From Octopus vulgaris (taxonomy: Eukaryota): a stretch of DNA of 64,000 nt. Below, in pieces: positions 26,564-42,104 of this stretch; the first letter of the stretch is position 1; each line of letters starts with the position of its first letter. Made by a program: the position numbers and the translations under genes. The stretch lies in contig OX597820.1 of assembly GCA_951406725.2 (NCBI GenBank), positions 19,964,001 through 20,028,000 of the forward strand, read 5' to 3'. Under the pieces are notes generated by a model that saw only the letters and a program-made list of their open reading frames with translations, made no database searches and was not told the origin of the DNA.

Positions 26564-27234
26564 AACTTGATGCACAATATCCTACCACTAAGGGGAAGCT
26601 GCAGGATAGGTCAAAATGATCATTGTGCTGAATAAAAATTCATACTAAATCCATCTTCTGTTTCTCAGAAGATTCAAGAATCTTTATTGATCAACTACAA
26701 TTATTTCGACCCATCTAACATCAATCCCTCATGGATAGGATACTGAATATCTGCTTTAGGTATATCTCTCTGTGTAGATATGTCTCCTCAGGCGATTTCA
26801 AGAGGTATCTTGTTAAAATAAACTCTGTTTCACAAGATTTCTTCTTAGTTTTCATATATAGAAATGATAAATTAAGATATACAGCTTCATTCTTCTAGAA
26901 CTTGATGCACAATATCCTACCACTAAGGGGCAGCTGCAGGATAAGTCAAAATGATCATTGTGCTGAATAAAGATTCATACTAAATCCATCTTCTGTTTCT
27001 CAGAAGATTCAAGAATCTTTATTGATCAACTACAATTATTTTGACCCATCTAACATCAATCCCTCATGGATAGGATACTGAACATCTGCTTTAGGTATAT
27101 CTCTCTGTGTTGATATGTCTCCTCAGGTGATTTCAAGAAGTATCTTGTTAAAATAAACTCTGTTTCACAAGATTTCTTCTTGGTATTCATATATAGATAT
27201 GATAAATTAAGGTATACAGCTTCATTCTTCTAGA
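26564..27234. repeat. Direct tandem duplication, 335-bp unit x2
   Basis: cttgatgcacaatatcctaccactaaggg at 26566 and 26901, near-identical throughout. Confidence 0.92.
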
Positions 27235-27408
27235 CGATCCACAAGAAATATCAGACCCCCCCCCCGCCAAAAAAAAAAAACACATATATAATACAGCAAA
27301 ATAAGTATTACAGACTACATTGTATTTGCAAGTGTCGTGGGCACTGTTCCTTCTTGATTAAATCAATATGAAAAACAGTAAAAGGAACAGCAGACTGTTA
27401 GTACTCAC

Positions 27409-27665
27409 TTTATAATCTTGACTGGCAGGCATTGTTACTTGAGCCTTAACCCATCTAGATCCTTGATCTGTTGTATCCATCCAGAGAGAAGCTGAGTTTT
27501 GACTGTTTATTTGCTGGTAGACATTCAGAGAAGCTCTTCTGTAGCCGTGCATGTAGTAGTAGAATGACATGCATATATCTGAACTGCTTTTCTGTGTAGG
27601 GGTTATTAATAAGGCTGTAGAGTTTTTATTTTTTGCCCAAAGATTTTCAAATACCATATAATGAC
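27409..27665 (-). CDS. MAM protein exon K (257 nt, phase 1/0)
   Basis: GHYMVFEN...ALLITP...DICMSFYYYMHG...LWMDTTDQGSRWVKAQVTMPASQDYK; cag| ... |gtgag. Confidence 0.94.
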
Positions 27666-27957
27666 CTGCAACAATTATTATTTTCATATTCATTCATGCA
27701 CGTAAATTACTGACAAATATGTGTGCATGTGTGTGTTTGTATGTATATATGCATGTGTACACACACACACACACACACACATACACACACAGAGACACAC
27801 ATGAGTGAGTAGACAAACGAAAGAAGGGCACTCAACACATTTATTTGGAAGTTATTTGTACTTGAAGAATTTCCAACAGCTGAGGATTAGCATAATGCTT
27901 GAAACTTGGAGTACCAAGGAGTTTGAATCAAACTGTTTTGATCCACACACGCACACA

Positions 27958-28027
<70 letters not shown>

Positions 28028-30863
28028 TATAAATAAATATATGTATATATATTTATATGTAGAAGGTTGAAAAAGAACACACGAGTTGATATATATGTAG
28101 GTAGAAAATGCTAAAATAATTTTATAAAATAAATTTCAGTGCCGGTTTAAGTCATTGAGATTTTTTCAACTGTAAGCATGGAAGACAAATAAATTTTGGA
28201 AAAATTAAAAGAAAAGTTTTTTTAAAAGAATATTTGCATAGTGTTCAAATACAAGTGGCATTTTCCTTGTTTCTGCCTGTTTCTGTCTCTCTTGTTTTTG
28301 AACACTATGCAAATATTCTTTTTGAAAACTTTTCTTTTAATTTTTCCAAAATTTAATTGTTTTCCATGCTTACAGTTGAAAAATTGAAAAAGTCTCAATG
28401 ACTGAAACCGGTACTGAAATGTTTTTTATAAAACTATTTTAGCATTTTCTACCTTGACCCCCCCCACATATATATTAGAGTAATAAAGAGAAAGTTCTTG
28501 GCACAGTATTATATTTGAAAAAGTGAGTAGAGATGGCTTTTTTGAGGGGATAATTTTTATTTTAATCATAATAATAATGTTTACAATGAGTTACTCTGAT
28601 ATGAGTTTCAAGCTTCAAGTAGCCATTTCAAACTGAAAAACGTATGTTTTACTGGGTGCTTAAATACTGGGTGCTTAAACAAGTATACATACAATAAAAT
28701 ATACACAGAAAAGAGAAACGAATATAAAAAATATTTTAAAAAATATAGAAAAATAAAATAAAAGTAATAACATAATAATCAATATCATCATAATTGAATG
28801 TCAATTGTCCATGCTGGCATACGTTGGACGTTTGATCAGGGCTGGTAAGCTGAGAGGTTGCACCAGACTCTGGTCTGATTTGGCATAGTGTCAACAGCTG
28901 GATGCCCTTCCGAACACCAACCATTCCAAGAGTGTAATGCGAGTTGCCTGACATCAATATCTGCCACAACTACAATTTGACTTGGTTTGATGAGTTTTCT
29001 ACTCAAGTACAGCATATTATCGAAGGTCTTTTGTCGTTGCCTATGTGAGGCCCAACACTTGAGAGGTGCTTAAAAAATAAAATGCCAAACGTTTTGGTGC
29101 GTTACTTTTGGCCCATGCTGTATACTCTTTTTACTCTTTTACTTGTTTCAGACATTTGACTGCGGCCATGCTGGAGTACCGCTTTCAATCGAGCAACTCG
29201 ACCCCCGGACTTATTCTTTTGTAAGCGCAGTAGTTATTCTATCGGTCTCTTTTGCCGAACCGCTAAGTAACGGGGGACATAAACACACCAGCATCGGTTG
29301 TCAAGCAATGCTGGGGGGGGGGGGGGAACACAGGCACACAAACACACACACGCATATATACACATATATATGATGGGCTTCTTTCAGTTTTCGTCAACCA
29401 AATCCACTCACAATGCTTTGGTCGGCCCAAGGCTATAGTAGAAGACACTTGCCCAAGGTGCCACGCAGTGGGACTGAACCCAGAACCATGTGGTTGGTAA
29501 ACAAGCTACTTACCACACAGCCACTCCTGCGCCTGTATACACATGAATGGAAAAAAAATGTGCTCAATACACTCAATACATAGTACAGAGTTCATATCTA
29601 TAAATTAACAATTAACAATGATTTCAATCATTTTAACCATTTCATCACATACACATACAAGTATGACATTTTAGATCATTGTGCAATAGGCGTAGGTATG
29701 GTTGCATAGTAGGAAGCTTGCTTCCCAACCACATGGCTCTGGGTTCAGTTCCACTACGTGGCACTTTGGGCAAATGTCTTTTACTATAGCTTCGGGCCAA
29801 CCAAAGCCTTGTGAGTGGATTTGGTAGAAGAAACTGAAAGAAGCCTGTCGTATATATGTATATATATGTATCTGTGTGTGTGTTTCTGTGTCTGTGTTTG
29901 TCCCCCTAGCATTGCTTGACAACCGATGCTGGTGTGTTTACGTCCCCGTCACTTATCGGTTCGGCGAAAGAGACCGATAGAATAAGTACTGGGCTTACAA
30001 AGAATAAGTCCCGGGGTCGATTTGCTCGACTAAAGGCGGTGCTCCAGCATGGCCGCAGTCAAATGACTGAAACAAGTAAAAGAGTAAAAGAGTATTTATA
30101 TATATGTAGGCACAGGTGTGGCTGTGTGGTAAGAAGTTTGCTTCCCAACCACATGGTTCTAGGTTTAGTCCCACTTTGTAGCACCTTGGGCTAGTGTCTT
30201 TTACTTTAGTCTTGGGCTGACCAAAGCCTTGTGAGTGGATTTGGCAGATGGAAACTGAAAGAAGCCTGTCGTGTGTTTATATATATATACTTATATATAT
30301 ATATCTTCAAAAATTATGGAATAGGGTAGATAAAATCCAGGCTACATATGTTTCATAGCTAGTAGAACCCCTGGAAATAGTAAATGATCCAAATGAGGGG
30401 GTAGACTGCAAGCTACCCCCTCAGGGCCTTTTCAGGCCAAGGTACCTTGATTATATGAAGTTTACATTATTGTTAGGAGTTCCCTTGTTAACTCTTTGGG
30501 GATTTGATCAAAATCCATAGAAAGTACAGTTTGATATATATATGTATATCTATATGTGTCTTTTTGTCTATCTGTCTTTGACCCCACCTGCCCACTATTT
30601 GACATCCAGTGTTGGTGTGTTTACATCCCTGTAACTGAGCAGTTCAGTAAAAGAGACTAATAAATCTAGCACCAGGGTTAAAAAATATAAGCACTGGGGT
30701 TGATTCATTCAACTAAAGTCCCCCACCCCTGCTCCCCATCATGGCTGCAGTCTAATGATTGAAACAAGTGAATGAGAAAAAGAATAGATGTTATGTTGGA
30801 AAGAATACGAAAGAGAAAACGAAAAGTATTTCTCTAAAATGAGAAAAGGGAACGTCTTCTTAC

Positions 30864-31010
30864 CGTATGGCGTGCCTGAAGTATGATCAAAGCTTGGTGC
30901 ATGGCTAGGATATCTTGCGATCCCTGTGTGCTTTTTCCAGCGATAGTTACCATTAGAGGGCGTAGAAAACTTACAAATTCCTGATGCTTCAAAGGTGCAA
31001 TTAAGTGGAG
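30864..31010 (-). CDS. MAM protein exon J (147 nt, phase 1/1), MAM N-terminus
   Basis: APLNCTFEASGICKFSTPSNGNYRWKKHTGIARYPSHAPSFDHTSGTPY; ttttag| ... |gtaag. Confidence 0.93.
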
Positions 31011-31157
31011 CTAAAAACGGAAAATAAAAAATTTATTTAGAATTTATTTGATAAAAGAAATTTTAGATAAAACATAAGCATTTAATCCCTTTTTTTCTCC
31101 TCTGAATGAGAAATTACATTTTGCCAAAATGAAACGATTACATGAAAGAATTAGACA

Positions 31158-31462
31158 ATGATGATGATGATGATGATGACAGTGGTGATGATGATGATGA
31201 TGGTGTTGCTGATAATGGTGGTGATGATGATGATGATGGTGACAATTTATGGTGGTCATAGTGGTTATGATTATGGTGGTGGTGGTGGTGGTGGTGAATC
31301 TGATGATGATCAAGATGATGATATGCCAATAAAACATCTCTCAATAGTTCAATGCGGTGGTGGTGATGGTGGTGGTGATAATGATGATGATGATGATAGT
31401 GGTGGTGGTGATGATAATGATGATGATGATATGATGATGATGATGATGGCAATGATGAAGGC

Positions 31463-31517
<55 letters not shown>

Positions 31518-31770
31518 TTATGATGATGATGATGATGATGTGGTGATGATGATGATGGAGGTGGTGATAATGAGAAAGTTGATGATGATGATGGTGGTGG
31601 TGGTTGTGGTGATAGTGATGAAGATGTTGCTGGTGGCGATAGCAATGATGATGAAGATGATAATGATGATGATGATGATGATGCTGATGATGGTGCTGCT
31701 GCTGATGATGACATTTACGATGACAACGACAATGATAATGACTATGATGACGATGATGACAACGATGATG
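31158..31770. repeat. (GAT/GGT)n low-complexity tract
   Basis: Direct reading. Confidence 0.95.
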
Positions 31771-33416
31771 TCAACCTATTTTAAATGTCTGACATTTTCT
31801 TTAGCACTACTTAACTCTTTAGCATTCGGATTACTCTGTCAAATGTAATCTTTATTTATCCAAATTATTTTCAACAAATTACTTATCTCGGAACTTTGAG
31901 ATTTTGATGAGGTGAGTGCTTATTTTTTCTTGAATGACATTGTAGGACAGGTGTGAAAGGTCGAATCTGGTCATTTTGTGCATAAGACAGGGAGAATATT
32001 TTGGCCGGATTGACAACTGACAAGTCTATTAACCCCCTTGGGGATTGTTGGTGCATTGCAACTATGCAGCATGTCTAGGGTGAGGAAGCCTGGTAAAGCC
32101 CATCCCTCTCCAGGCTAAACTCATTTCTACAGCTGAGTGGCCTGGAGCAATGCGAAATGAAGTGTTTTGCTCAAGAACACAACTGATCGCCTAATCCAGG
32201 GATTGAAACCACAATCTTACAGTTGTGAATCCCACACCCTAAACCTTATGCAGTGCACCTCCACTCATTTCTACATCTGTGTGAACTGGAGCAACATGAA
32301 ATGAAGTGTTTTTTGCAAGGACACAACCAATCACCCGATTCAGGAATTGAAACTACAATCTTCTGTGAGCCAGCAGAAACGTTAGCATACTAGGCAAAAT
32401 GCTTAGCAGTATTTTGTCTGCCGATACGTTCTGAGTTCAAATTCCACCGAGGTTGACTTTGCCTTTCATCCTTTCGGGGTTGATAAATTAAGTACCAGTT
32501 ATGCACTGGGGTCGATATAATCGACTTAATCCATTTGTCTGTCCTTGTTTGTCTGCTCTGTGTTTAGCCCCTTGTGAGTAGTAAAGAAATAGGTATTTCA
32601 TCTGCTGTTATGTTCTGAGTTCAAATTCTGCCAAGGTCGACTTTGCCTTTCATCCTTTCGGGGTCGATAAATTAAGTACCAGTTATGCACTGGGGTTGAT
32701 ATAATCGGCTTAATCCTTTTGTCTGTCCTTGTTTGTCCCCTCTATCTTTAGCCCCTTGTGGGCAATAGAGAAATATGAAACTACAATCTTACGATCATTA
32801 GTCCAACACTGTAATCGCTAAGCCACATACCTCCACTTGGCTAGATTAGGCTTTCGGGCAGTTTAAATGCTAAAGGATTAAAGAGGTATTTCAAATTCCT
32901 GACAGAATCAAAGCATCTCAGCTTCAAGAAACAAATAAGGATACTCGTTAAGCAGCTGACTATGGAAACATATGCTTGTTGTCTGTGAATTTTTTATATC
33001 TCTCCGGGTTCCATTGTTCGGTGTTGTCATTCCTTGTTGTATGGTTGAACTCATTAAAGGCTTCGTGGTTTATGATGTTTTCTTTTTGCTTGTATCGTTA
33101 GGGCAAAGGATAAAGAACCCATCAGTCATGAATAACCATGGGATTGTACCTAGAGTGTTCCCCTCTGGGCAAGGATGTTTATGGAAGACCAGTAGTCACC
33201 CATGTATACCAGCCTCCCATCTTCATGCCACCAATGTTGTCCAAAGGAAAGGGAAAGGCTGATACAGCTTGGCTGCCAGTGACATCGCAACTCTCATTTC
33301 TACAACAAGTGAACTGGAGCAAGGTGAAATAAAATGTCTTGCTCAAGAACACAACACAAAGCCTGGTCCAGGAATCGAACTCACTACCTCATGATTATGA
33401 GTCCAATACTTTAACC

Positions 33417-34144
33417 CAGTGTTTCTAAACCTTTTTACCCTTGCATAATCGTTAAAATAAATTACATGTCTCAAGGAATATTTGCACAAGAAAAATTATA
33501 TACCATAGCTTTCTCACGTTTTTTCATTGTAGCTCACATGGTAAATATCATACATATATATCATCATCATCATCATTATTGTTAAACGTTTGCTTTCCAT
33601 GCTAGCAAGGGTTGGACAATTTGATTGAGGAATGGCAAACCAGATGGTTGCACCAGGCTTCAATCTGATCTGGCAGAGTTTCTACAGCTGGATGCCCTTC
33701 CTAACGCCAACCACTCCGAGAGTGATTTTATGTGCCACCAGCACGAGGGCCAGTCAGGTGGTACTGGCCACGGCTATGCTCAAGTGGTGTCTTTTACATG
33801 CCACCTGCACAGGAGCCAGTCCAGCAGAACTGGCAACGACCTCGCTCGAATGTTTTTCACAAGTATTGATATCTAGAAGACCCAAAGAGTGGCAGGTAAT
33901 GCTATATAAGTGCTATGGACAGACTGTCGTTAAAGTCTTGGTTTGATAGTGATATGAGTGAAGAGTCTAATGTGGGTCTTGTATTAGCATGCATATATAT
34001 ATTAAAGAAAATGAGATAATGCCAATGCTGTGAGGAATTTTCAGGACATTTATAAAGAAAAAGATATAGATATATCTTTTTCCTTATAAATGTCCTGAAA
34101 ACTCCTCACAGCCTTGGCTTTGTTATCTCATTTTGTCTAATATA

Positions 34145-34236
<92 letters not shown>

Positions 34237-34563
34237 AGAATTCACAAAAAAACAAAAGGCGAAAACAGGTGGTGTAGACAACAAACAGATGTATTAGTAT
34301 AACGCTTGGGAAGTGAAAAAGTCCTTAACGTTTCGAGTGTACGCTCTTCCACAGAAAGGAACACAAAGAAACAAGGAAAGGTTATTATATGTTTTTGATA
34401 ACATAATAGGTTTGCTAGGATGGTGTCTATATTATAATATAACAATAACCAAGAATATGTTGGGCATGTCTAGTAATATTACAATCAGGAATTTAGCATT
34501 AGCTTATCTCACTCTTTTTCGTAGATCCCAAGGGTTCTGTGGAACCCCAGTTGAGAAACACTG
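33417..34563. mobile_element. hAT-type MITE with nested insertions, inserted in a tRNA-SINE
   Basis: CAGTGTTTCTAAAC...GTTGAGAAACACTG TIRs; TSD ctttaacc/ctctaacc; host SINE resumes at 34564. Confidence 0.78.
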
Positions 34564-34916
34564 CTCTAACCACTGAGCCATGTGCCTTCACCACTTGTAT
34601 TATTACATATATTGGTTTAACCCTTTCATTATCAACCCGGCTGAAAACACCTCTAGCTCTGAGTTCAAATGTCTTGTTTTCATAAGTTTCTAATTAAAAT
34701 TTTTCTGCCAAACCTTAGTCACAAATTATGCTCCTAACACTAGCTTAATGATAACTAAGTTATTTTACTAAATTATTTGTTATATTTAAAATCAACTACA
34801 AGAAACGCAGAGCATCTCAACAGAAATATGGTAACAAAATGGTTAAACTATATAATAGTAAAACAATTCATAACCCTTTCATAACCAACCTGGCTGAAAC
34901 CAGCTCTGGTTCTGAG

Positions 34917-35467
<551 letters not shown>

Positions 35468-35755
35468 AGGCGCAATGGCCCAGTGGTTAGGGCACCGGAC
35501 TCACGGTTGTAGGATCGTGATTTCAATTCCCAGACTGGGCGTTGTGAGTGTTTATTGAACGAAAACACCCAAAACTCCATGAGGCTTCGACAGGGAGTGG
35601 TCGCGATTCCTGCTGTACTCTTTCACCACAACTGTTAGCCTGCTCACTTAGCAAGTGGGGTGGCGTCATTTGAAGGCTAAAACAATGTGAAGCACATTGT
35701 GACCAGCGATGTGTAGCAACATCTGATAGCCTGGTTGGTCACGGTGATCATGGTG

Positions 35756-35798
<43 letters not shown>

Positions 35799-36096
35799 AA
35801 TATATGTGTATATATATATGTGTGTATATGTATATATCTATGTGTGTATGCCTTTGTGTTTGTACCATCATCACCACTTGACAACTGGTGTTGGTGTGTT
35901 TTTGTCCCCGTAACTTAGCAGTTCAGCAAAAAGACCAATAGAATAAGTACCATGCTTAAAAAAATGAAGGAAAGAAAGAAATAAGTACTGCTATCGATTC
36001 ATTTGACTATAAACCTTTCAAGGCGTTGCCCCAGCATGGCCGCAATCAAATGACCGAAACAAGTAAAAGAATGAAAGTAAAAGAATTCTGTCATAC

Positions 36097-36295
36097 CTTC
36101 AGTTTGTTCTGTTGTAAATACTCTGATATCATCAATGGCTATGTCCCCATACACAGACCAGCCAATAATCCCCACTAAAGAAATAGCAAATGGCACATTC
36201 TGAGGAGGAATTGAAAGTTCTGCTTTGATCCAGGCACGGGCCTGGGATCTTCGTTGAGACCACAGCAACTGACTTTGTTGTTGACCATCTAAAGT
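36097..36295 (-). CDS. MAM protein exon I (199 nt, phase 0/1)
   Basis: TLDGQQQSQLLWSQRRSQARAWIKAELSIPPQNVPFAISLVGIIGWSVYGDIAIDDIRVFTTEQTE; cag| ... |gtatg. Confidence 0.94.
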
Positions 36296-36802
36296 CTGGA
36301 TAAAAGAAAAATGTATTATTATATGAGGTAGTTTCAGTGAAGCATTGTGAGGTATAAGTCTAAAAGAAATTGTTGTGTCAGGCCGGAACAATGCGAGAAG
36401 GTATAAAGTAAATTACAAAAGGGAAAAGGAACTGCAGCCTCGTTCTGTTTTCTTTTCCTCTTGTAGGCCTTACACAACAACCATCTTTAAAATATTATTA
36501 TATAAGTGCTGCAATCAAATGACCGAAATAAGTAAAATAAGAAAGAAGAAAGCAAAGGACCACTGTTGCGGTCTCAGGAGTGTGACGAAAGAACTCTGGC
36601 TGAAATAAGATTAAGATTAATGTAAAAAATAAATAACGCTGAAGTAAAGTAACACCAAATATATAGTGTGTGTTTTTTTTTTATTGGCTAAACTGGCAAA
36701 ATGACCATTCCTAAATACAACAAAATCTGTTTCAACACACGATTTCACATCAAAAATCTTGCAAAACAAATATATAAACAAAACAAATATATAAACATAT
36801 TA

Positions 36803-38052
36803 TCAGGTCATTAAAAATGAAATGTTTGATTTTCTTAAGCACCAAGTTTGACAGTCGTTAACTCTAATGTTTTTTCCTGACAATTTTTTGTTTTACAACA
36901 TTGAAGAGTTACATCATCACTTTTTGAAATGCAATTCATGGTGTCTGATTATATTGTGAGTTTTCTCTTGTAAATCGATTTTTGTGAACCCATGGACAGA
37001 TCGAAAATTCGTGTTGTTTATGAATATGGGTTCCGTCGTGAAACCAATGCTTCCCAGACAGCTCGAAACATCAATGAGGTGTTTGGTGAAGATGTGGCAA
37101 ATGAGTACACTGTACATCAATGGTTTGAGAAGGGTCTGGTCTGGTGACTTTACTCTTGAAAATCAGCCCCGTGGTAGACCTGAGACCAAGGTGGATAACG
37201 ATGAGCTGGAAACTGTAGTGGAAGCGGATATATCTCAAACTACGCATGAGTTAGCAGCAAAGTTTGATGTTTCGATTCCAACTGTACTGGACCACCTGAA
37301 AAAAATCGCTAAGGTAACGAAGCTGGACAAGTGGATACCACATGAACTGAATGCACATCAAATGACATGCCATCTTGAAACTTGTTGTTCTTTGCTGTCA
37401 CGGCATAAAAGTGAACCATTTTTGCATTGTATTGTTATGTGTGAGGAAAAATGGATTCTTTTTAACAACAACAAGTGTTCTGCATGGTGGTTGGATAGAG
37501 AAGTGCCAAAACACAATCCAAAAAAGAATATTAACAAAAAAAAAATTAATGGTGTCATCTACTACAGCTTCATTAGACCTGTTAAGTTAATTACAGTGGA
37601 TGTATACATCAACTAGTTAGATGAAATGATGAGTTAGCTTGCAATTAAACAACCGAGATTGCTCAATAGAGACAGGCCAGTCCTCTTGCAAGACAATGCT
37701 CAACCACATGTTGCACAAGGAATGCTACCCAAGTTACAGGAACTGAACTTGGAAGTACTCTGTCATCCACCATATTCACCAGACCTTGCACCAACTGACA
37801 ATTATGTTTTCCAGGCTTTAGAAAAATGTTTGCAAGGAAAATCTTCAAATCTGAAGAAGATGCAAAAACAGCCTTTCATCACCGCTTGTTCTCCAGAATT
37901 CTTCGCTGCCGGCATAATTAAGCTAGCAATGAAATGACAAATTTGTGTTGATAATTAAGGTACATACTTTGATTAACTGCACTGCTTTTTGTTGAGATAA
38001 AGTAAAATAAACTTTCAGTTCAAAATCGTACATTTTATTCTCAATGACCTAA
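36803..38052 (+). mobile_element. Decayed mariner (cecropia/mellifera-like)
   Basis: TA|TCAGGTCATT...AATGACCTAA|TA ends; PRGRP, WIPHEL, EEKW, LQDNA, HPPYSPDLAPTD; stops and frameshifts. Confidence 0.92.
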
Positions 38053-38586
38053 TATATAATCAATATAGACACATGCATGGTTGTGTGGTCAAGAAGTTTG
38101 TTTCCCAACCATGTGGTCTTGGGTTCAATTCCACTGCATGACACCTTGGGTAAGTGTCTTCTACTACAGAACTGGGCTGATCCAAACCTTTTAGTTGACA
38201 GAAACTGAAAGAAGCCCACTGTATTTTATATTGTATTTGATTTGTAAAATTCTTGAAGTGAAGTTGTGAGTTGAAACATTTTGCAGTATCTTGGGAGGAT
38301 CTTTATGCCAATAATAAACACACACTGGTTCTATTTCACTTCTTTTATTTTTTTGTGTGTCAATTGGTTAACCATCTTACAATTTAACTAATCCATTGTT
38401 TGATTAATCATTTGGTCAATCAATCAGTCTGGTTTGTCATTTTGTTGCTCTTCACAATCTCATCAATGACACTCTCTCTGCACCGGATTTGTTTTAGGTC
38501 TCTATGTCTCCTAGTTAAAAGGTTCTTTGTTTTTATTTACATGGATGTGAGTGGGAATACATGGCAGAGAGGGAGGGAGAAAGGGC

Positions 38587-38639
<53 letters not shown>

Positions 38640-39214
38640 TATGTGTGTATGAGTGTTGTGTGGGTGTATGCTTGTGTATGTGTGCACTGTTGTGCATGGA
38701 CTCTGAGTAAATGTGTGAGAGAAAATGTGTTTGCACATGTGTGTGTGTGTGTACGTGTGTGTGTGCATCTGTTGATGCATATGTGTGCATATATAGATAT
38801 TCAAGTACAGTGGCTTCACTTATTTTGGAGACAGCATGGATCAAATCACAATTTAATGACACTTCATCCTTCATTCTAATAACTCAAAGAACTAAGACTG
38901 GATGCTCTTCCTGCAGCCAACTTTGATCAGTTTTCAGGCTAGGAAATCTTCTCCTATAGCTGAACATGTTTTCACTCAAGATTAGAAATGAATGACAATG
39001 CATATATATTATTTAATACCTCTATGATATTTCGGGCAAGATTCTCCTTATCAAATATGAGGAAGAAAATAATCCAAGAGTTCAGAGAAAAGCGTTGTTG
39101 CCAGTAGGCCATGCTGGTGTATTATGAATATATGGAATGTTTTGTAGCCCAGTGTTTATTTAAGAAAATTATAAGGCATCTTGTAAAGAATAAATTAGCA
39201 ACAAATTGTCTTAC

Positions 39215-39372
39215 CATTGTAACATTCAGTCCTCCAATTGTTGACCCGTACATATGATAGTAGAATTCTAAAGTATAATTAATGTTTTTACTGAATGATG
39301 CAGAGGTTAGGATTGCCGTATCTCCCCTTTTACGTGGGTAAGAGGACTCAATATAAATATAGTGGCCTTTCT
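39215..39372 (-). CDS. MAM protein exon H (158 nt, phase 1/0)
   Basis: [53 protein letters not shown]; ttcag| ... |gtaag. Confidence 0.95.
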
Positions 39373-39471
39373 CTGAAAATAGACAGTAAAAAGTATGCAT
39401 AGTTAAATTCATGTATACATAAACACAAAGTCACATAGACACATAAATATACATAAATATACATACATATA

Positions 39472-39541
<70 letters not shown>

Positions 39542-39614
39542 CACATATAAGCATATATGTGCATACATACACATATATACATATATATATTTGATATATA
39601 ACAACATGATGATG

Positions 39615-39657
<43 letters not shown>

Positions 39658-40094
39658 AAATAATATATATATATGCATATATATAAATATATGCATATAT
39701 GGATGCAGGACGTCATAAATTGTAAACAACATGAAATATGAAAACAAATGAGTTGAATACACACAGAACGAGAGAAACAAATGGAAAACAGGACAAGTAA
39801 TGTAAAGAACGACCCTTCATTAGTTGTTGGTTGCCTATCTACTCCTCATTTCGGGCATTGAATGGCAAAATAATAATATAAATAATATAAACATATTATT
39901 TATATTATTATTTGATTGAATGCCACGCTTTCATTTCCAAGTAAGTTTATATATACATACATACATACATACATACATACATACATACACACACATATAT
40001 ATATATAAATATATATATGTACACACATGTATATATATATACATACATATATATATATATATTATAATATTATATATATATATATACATACATT

Positions 40095-40137
<43 letters not shown>

Positions 40138-40351
40138 GTATATATATACCTGTATATATACATGTATATATATTTGTATATATATTATGTATGTAGATTG
40201 ATTGGTTGAAAGATAGGAAGAATGATAAATAGACAGAAATGTTTGTATATGCAAGTGTATATTACATCATACTTATTAAATTTGCACATAACCAATTTTA
40301 TGAGACACTATTATTTATATTTCCAACCAAAAGAAAATATATTTCACTTAC

Positions 40352-40498
40352 TTGAACCATAAGTATGGTCAACATTTGGTCCAGTACCGGAGCTGTCAGT
40401 GGGTCCTTGTTGTAATGTCCAGTTAAATATGTCATTTTTCGACTGACCCCAACTACAGAATCCATTTTCAAATGAACAATCAAATTTGCTGTTTGGTT
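40352..40498 (-). CDS. MAM protein exon G (147 nt, phase 1/1), MAM N-terminus
   Basis: KPNSKFDCSFENGFCSWGQSKNDIFNWTLQQGPTDSSGTGPNVDHTYGS (CxFE..CxW...TGP..DHT). Confidence 0.95.
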
Positions 40499-40548
40499 CT
40501 GTATAAATAGAATCGGAGAAGAAATTAGAAAAATATTTGAAAGCATTG

Positions 40549-40945
40549 TCACCATCATCATCATCATTATCACCACCACCACCACCACCACCACCACCAC
40601 CGCAGCCACCACCACCACCACCACCGCTACCGCAACCGCCACCACTGCCACCACCACTGCAGCCACGACGACGACGACCACAACCACCGCAGCCACCACC
40701 ACCACCACCACCACTACCACAACCGCCACCACTGCCACCACCACTGCAGCCACCACGACCACGATGACCATGACCACGACCACCACCACCGCAGCCACCA
40801 CGACCAGGACCACCACCACTACCACGACCACCACCACCACCACCACCACCACCACTACCACCACCACCACCACTACCACAACCGCCACCACTGCCACCAC
40901 CACTGCTGCCGCTGCCGCCACCACCACCTCCACCATCATAATCAC
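40549..40945. repeat. (CAC)n tract
   Basis: Direct reading. Confidence 0.95.
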
Positions 40946-41395
40946 ACTACAATAATTGTGCATGCGCATGCAGAGATGTGTATAGGAACATAATTGTGCG
41001 TGTATTGGTATATATACGCGTGTGTGTGTGTGTGTGTGTGGGTATGTATATGTGTAAATGTGCATGGATGCATATATATATATATACATATAGGTGTGTG
41101 TGTGGGTGTGCATGTATGTGTTTCACGCGAGTGCGAGTGAGCATATGCACATATGCACATTCACGTGGGTGTGCATGTGTATGTTTGTATATGTGCGCAT
41201 ATGTGGATTCTATGAGCATGAGTTTACCTTCTTTGAGTACTTTTACTTTCTCCCTATTTGGGTAATTTCCCTTTATTTAACGGTCATTGTCATAGCATTT
41301 TTGTTTGTCTTAATAACTGATGAGATGCCATAGCAGAATCCTGCCCCCGACATCTGAAATTCTGAGTTTTATTATGGCAACCGACAAATTGTTAC

Positions 41396-41436
<41 letters not shown>

Positions 41437-42104
41437 AATAATAAAAGGGTAAAATTACTTAATTATTACTTAATAATTTTACCAAGTAGTGTTCAGTATG
41501 TAAAAAGACCATTTACGGTATATTTAAAACATTTCCCCTCTCTCTCTTTCGGAGAGGCACTGAGCAGCTATACGCACACATACACACACGGCAGTAACTT
41601 TCACCTACTGAATTCAATCACAAAGCTCCGGTCGGCTCGGGGCTATAGTGGAAGACACCTACCCAAAGTGCCACGCAGTGGGACTGAACCTGAAACCATG
41701 TAGTTAAGAAGCAAGCTCCCTAACCACACATACGTTATATAATTAGGGTTCAGTAAAAAAATTTACTTTACCACACACTGAACTTTTAGAAATAGCAGAA
41801 ATAGCTATTTCCTCTACTATAAGAAAAGTCTCCCAGACAATGTATACTCAAAAATAATTCACGTAGGTATAGAGGGAAAAATAACGAAAGATCACACGTA
41901 CATCGATTTCTTGAGAATGCCGTTTCTGGATTAGTGAGATATAGAGATGCTAGAAATGCATACACCTATCAACATTTCCGTCATCTAAAAGTTCAGTGTG
42001 TGGTAAAAGTTCAGTGTGTGGTAAAGTAAATTTTTTTTTACTGAACCCTAATTATATAACGTAATGTTTTATATATATAAAGGAGTGGCTGTTTTATATA
42101 TATA

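Noticed and set aside
26564-27234. Coding exon duplication next to exon K
   Set aside because: No MAM motifs or splice-consistent frame; treated as a non-coding tandem duplication.
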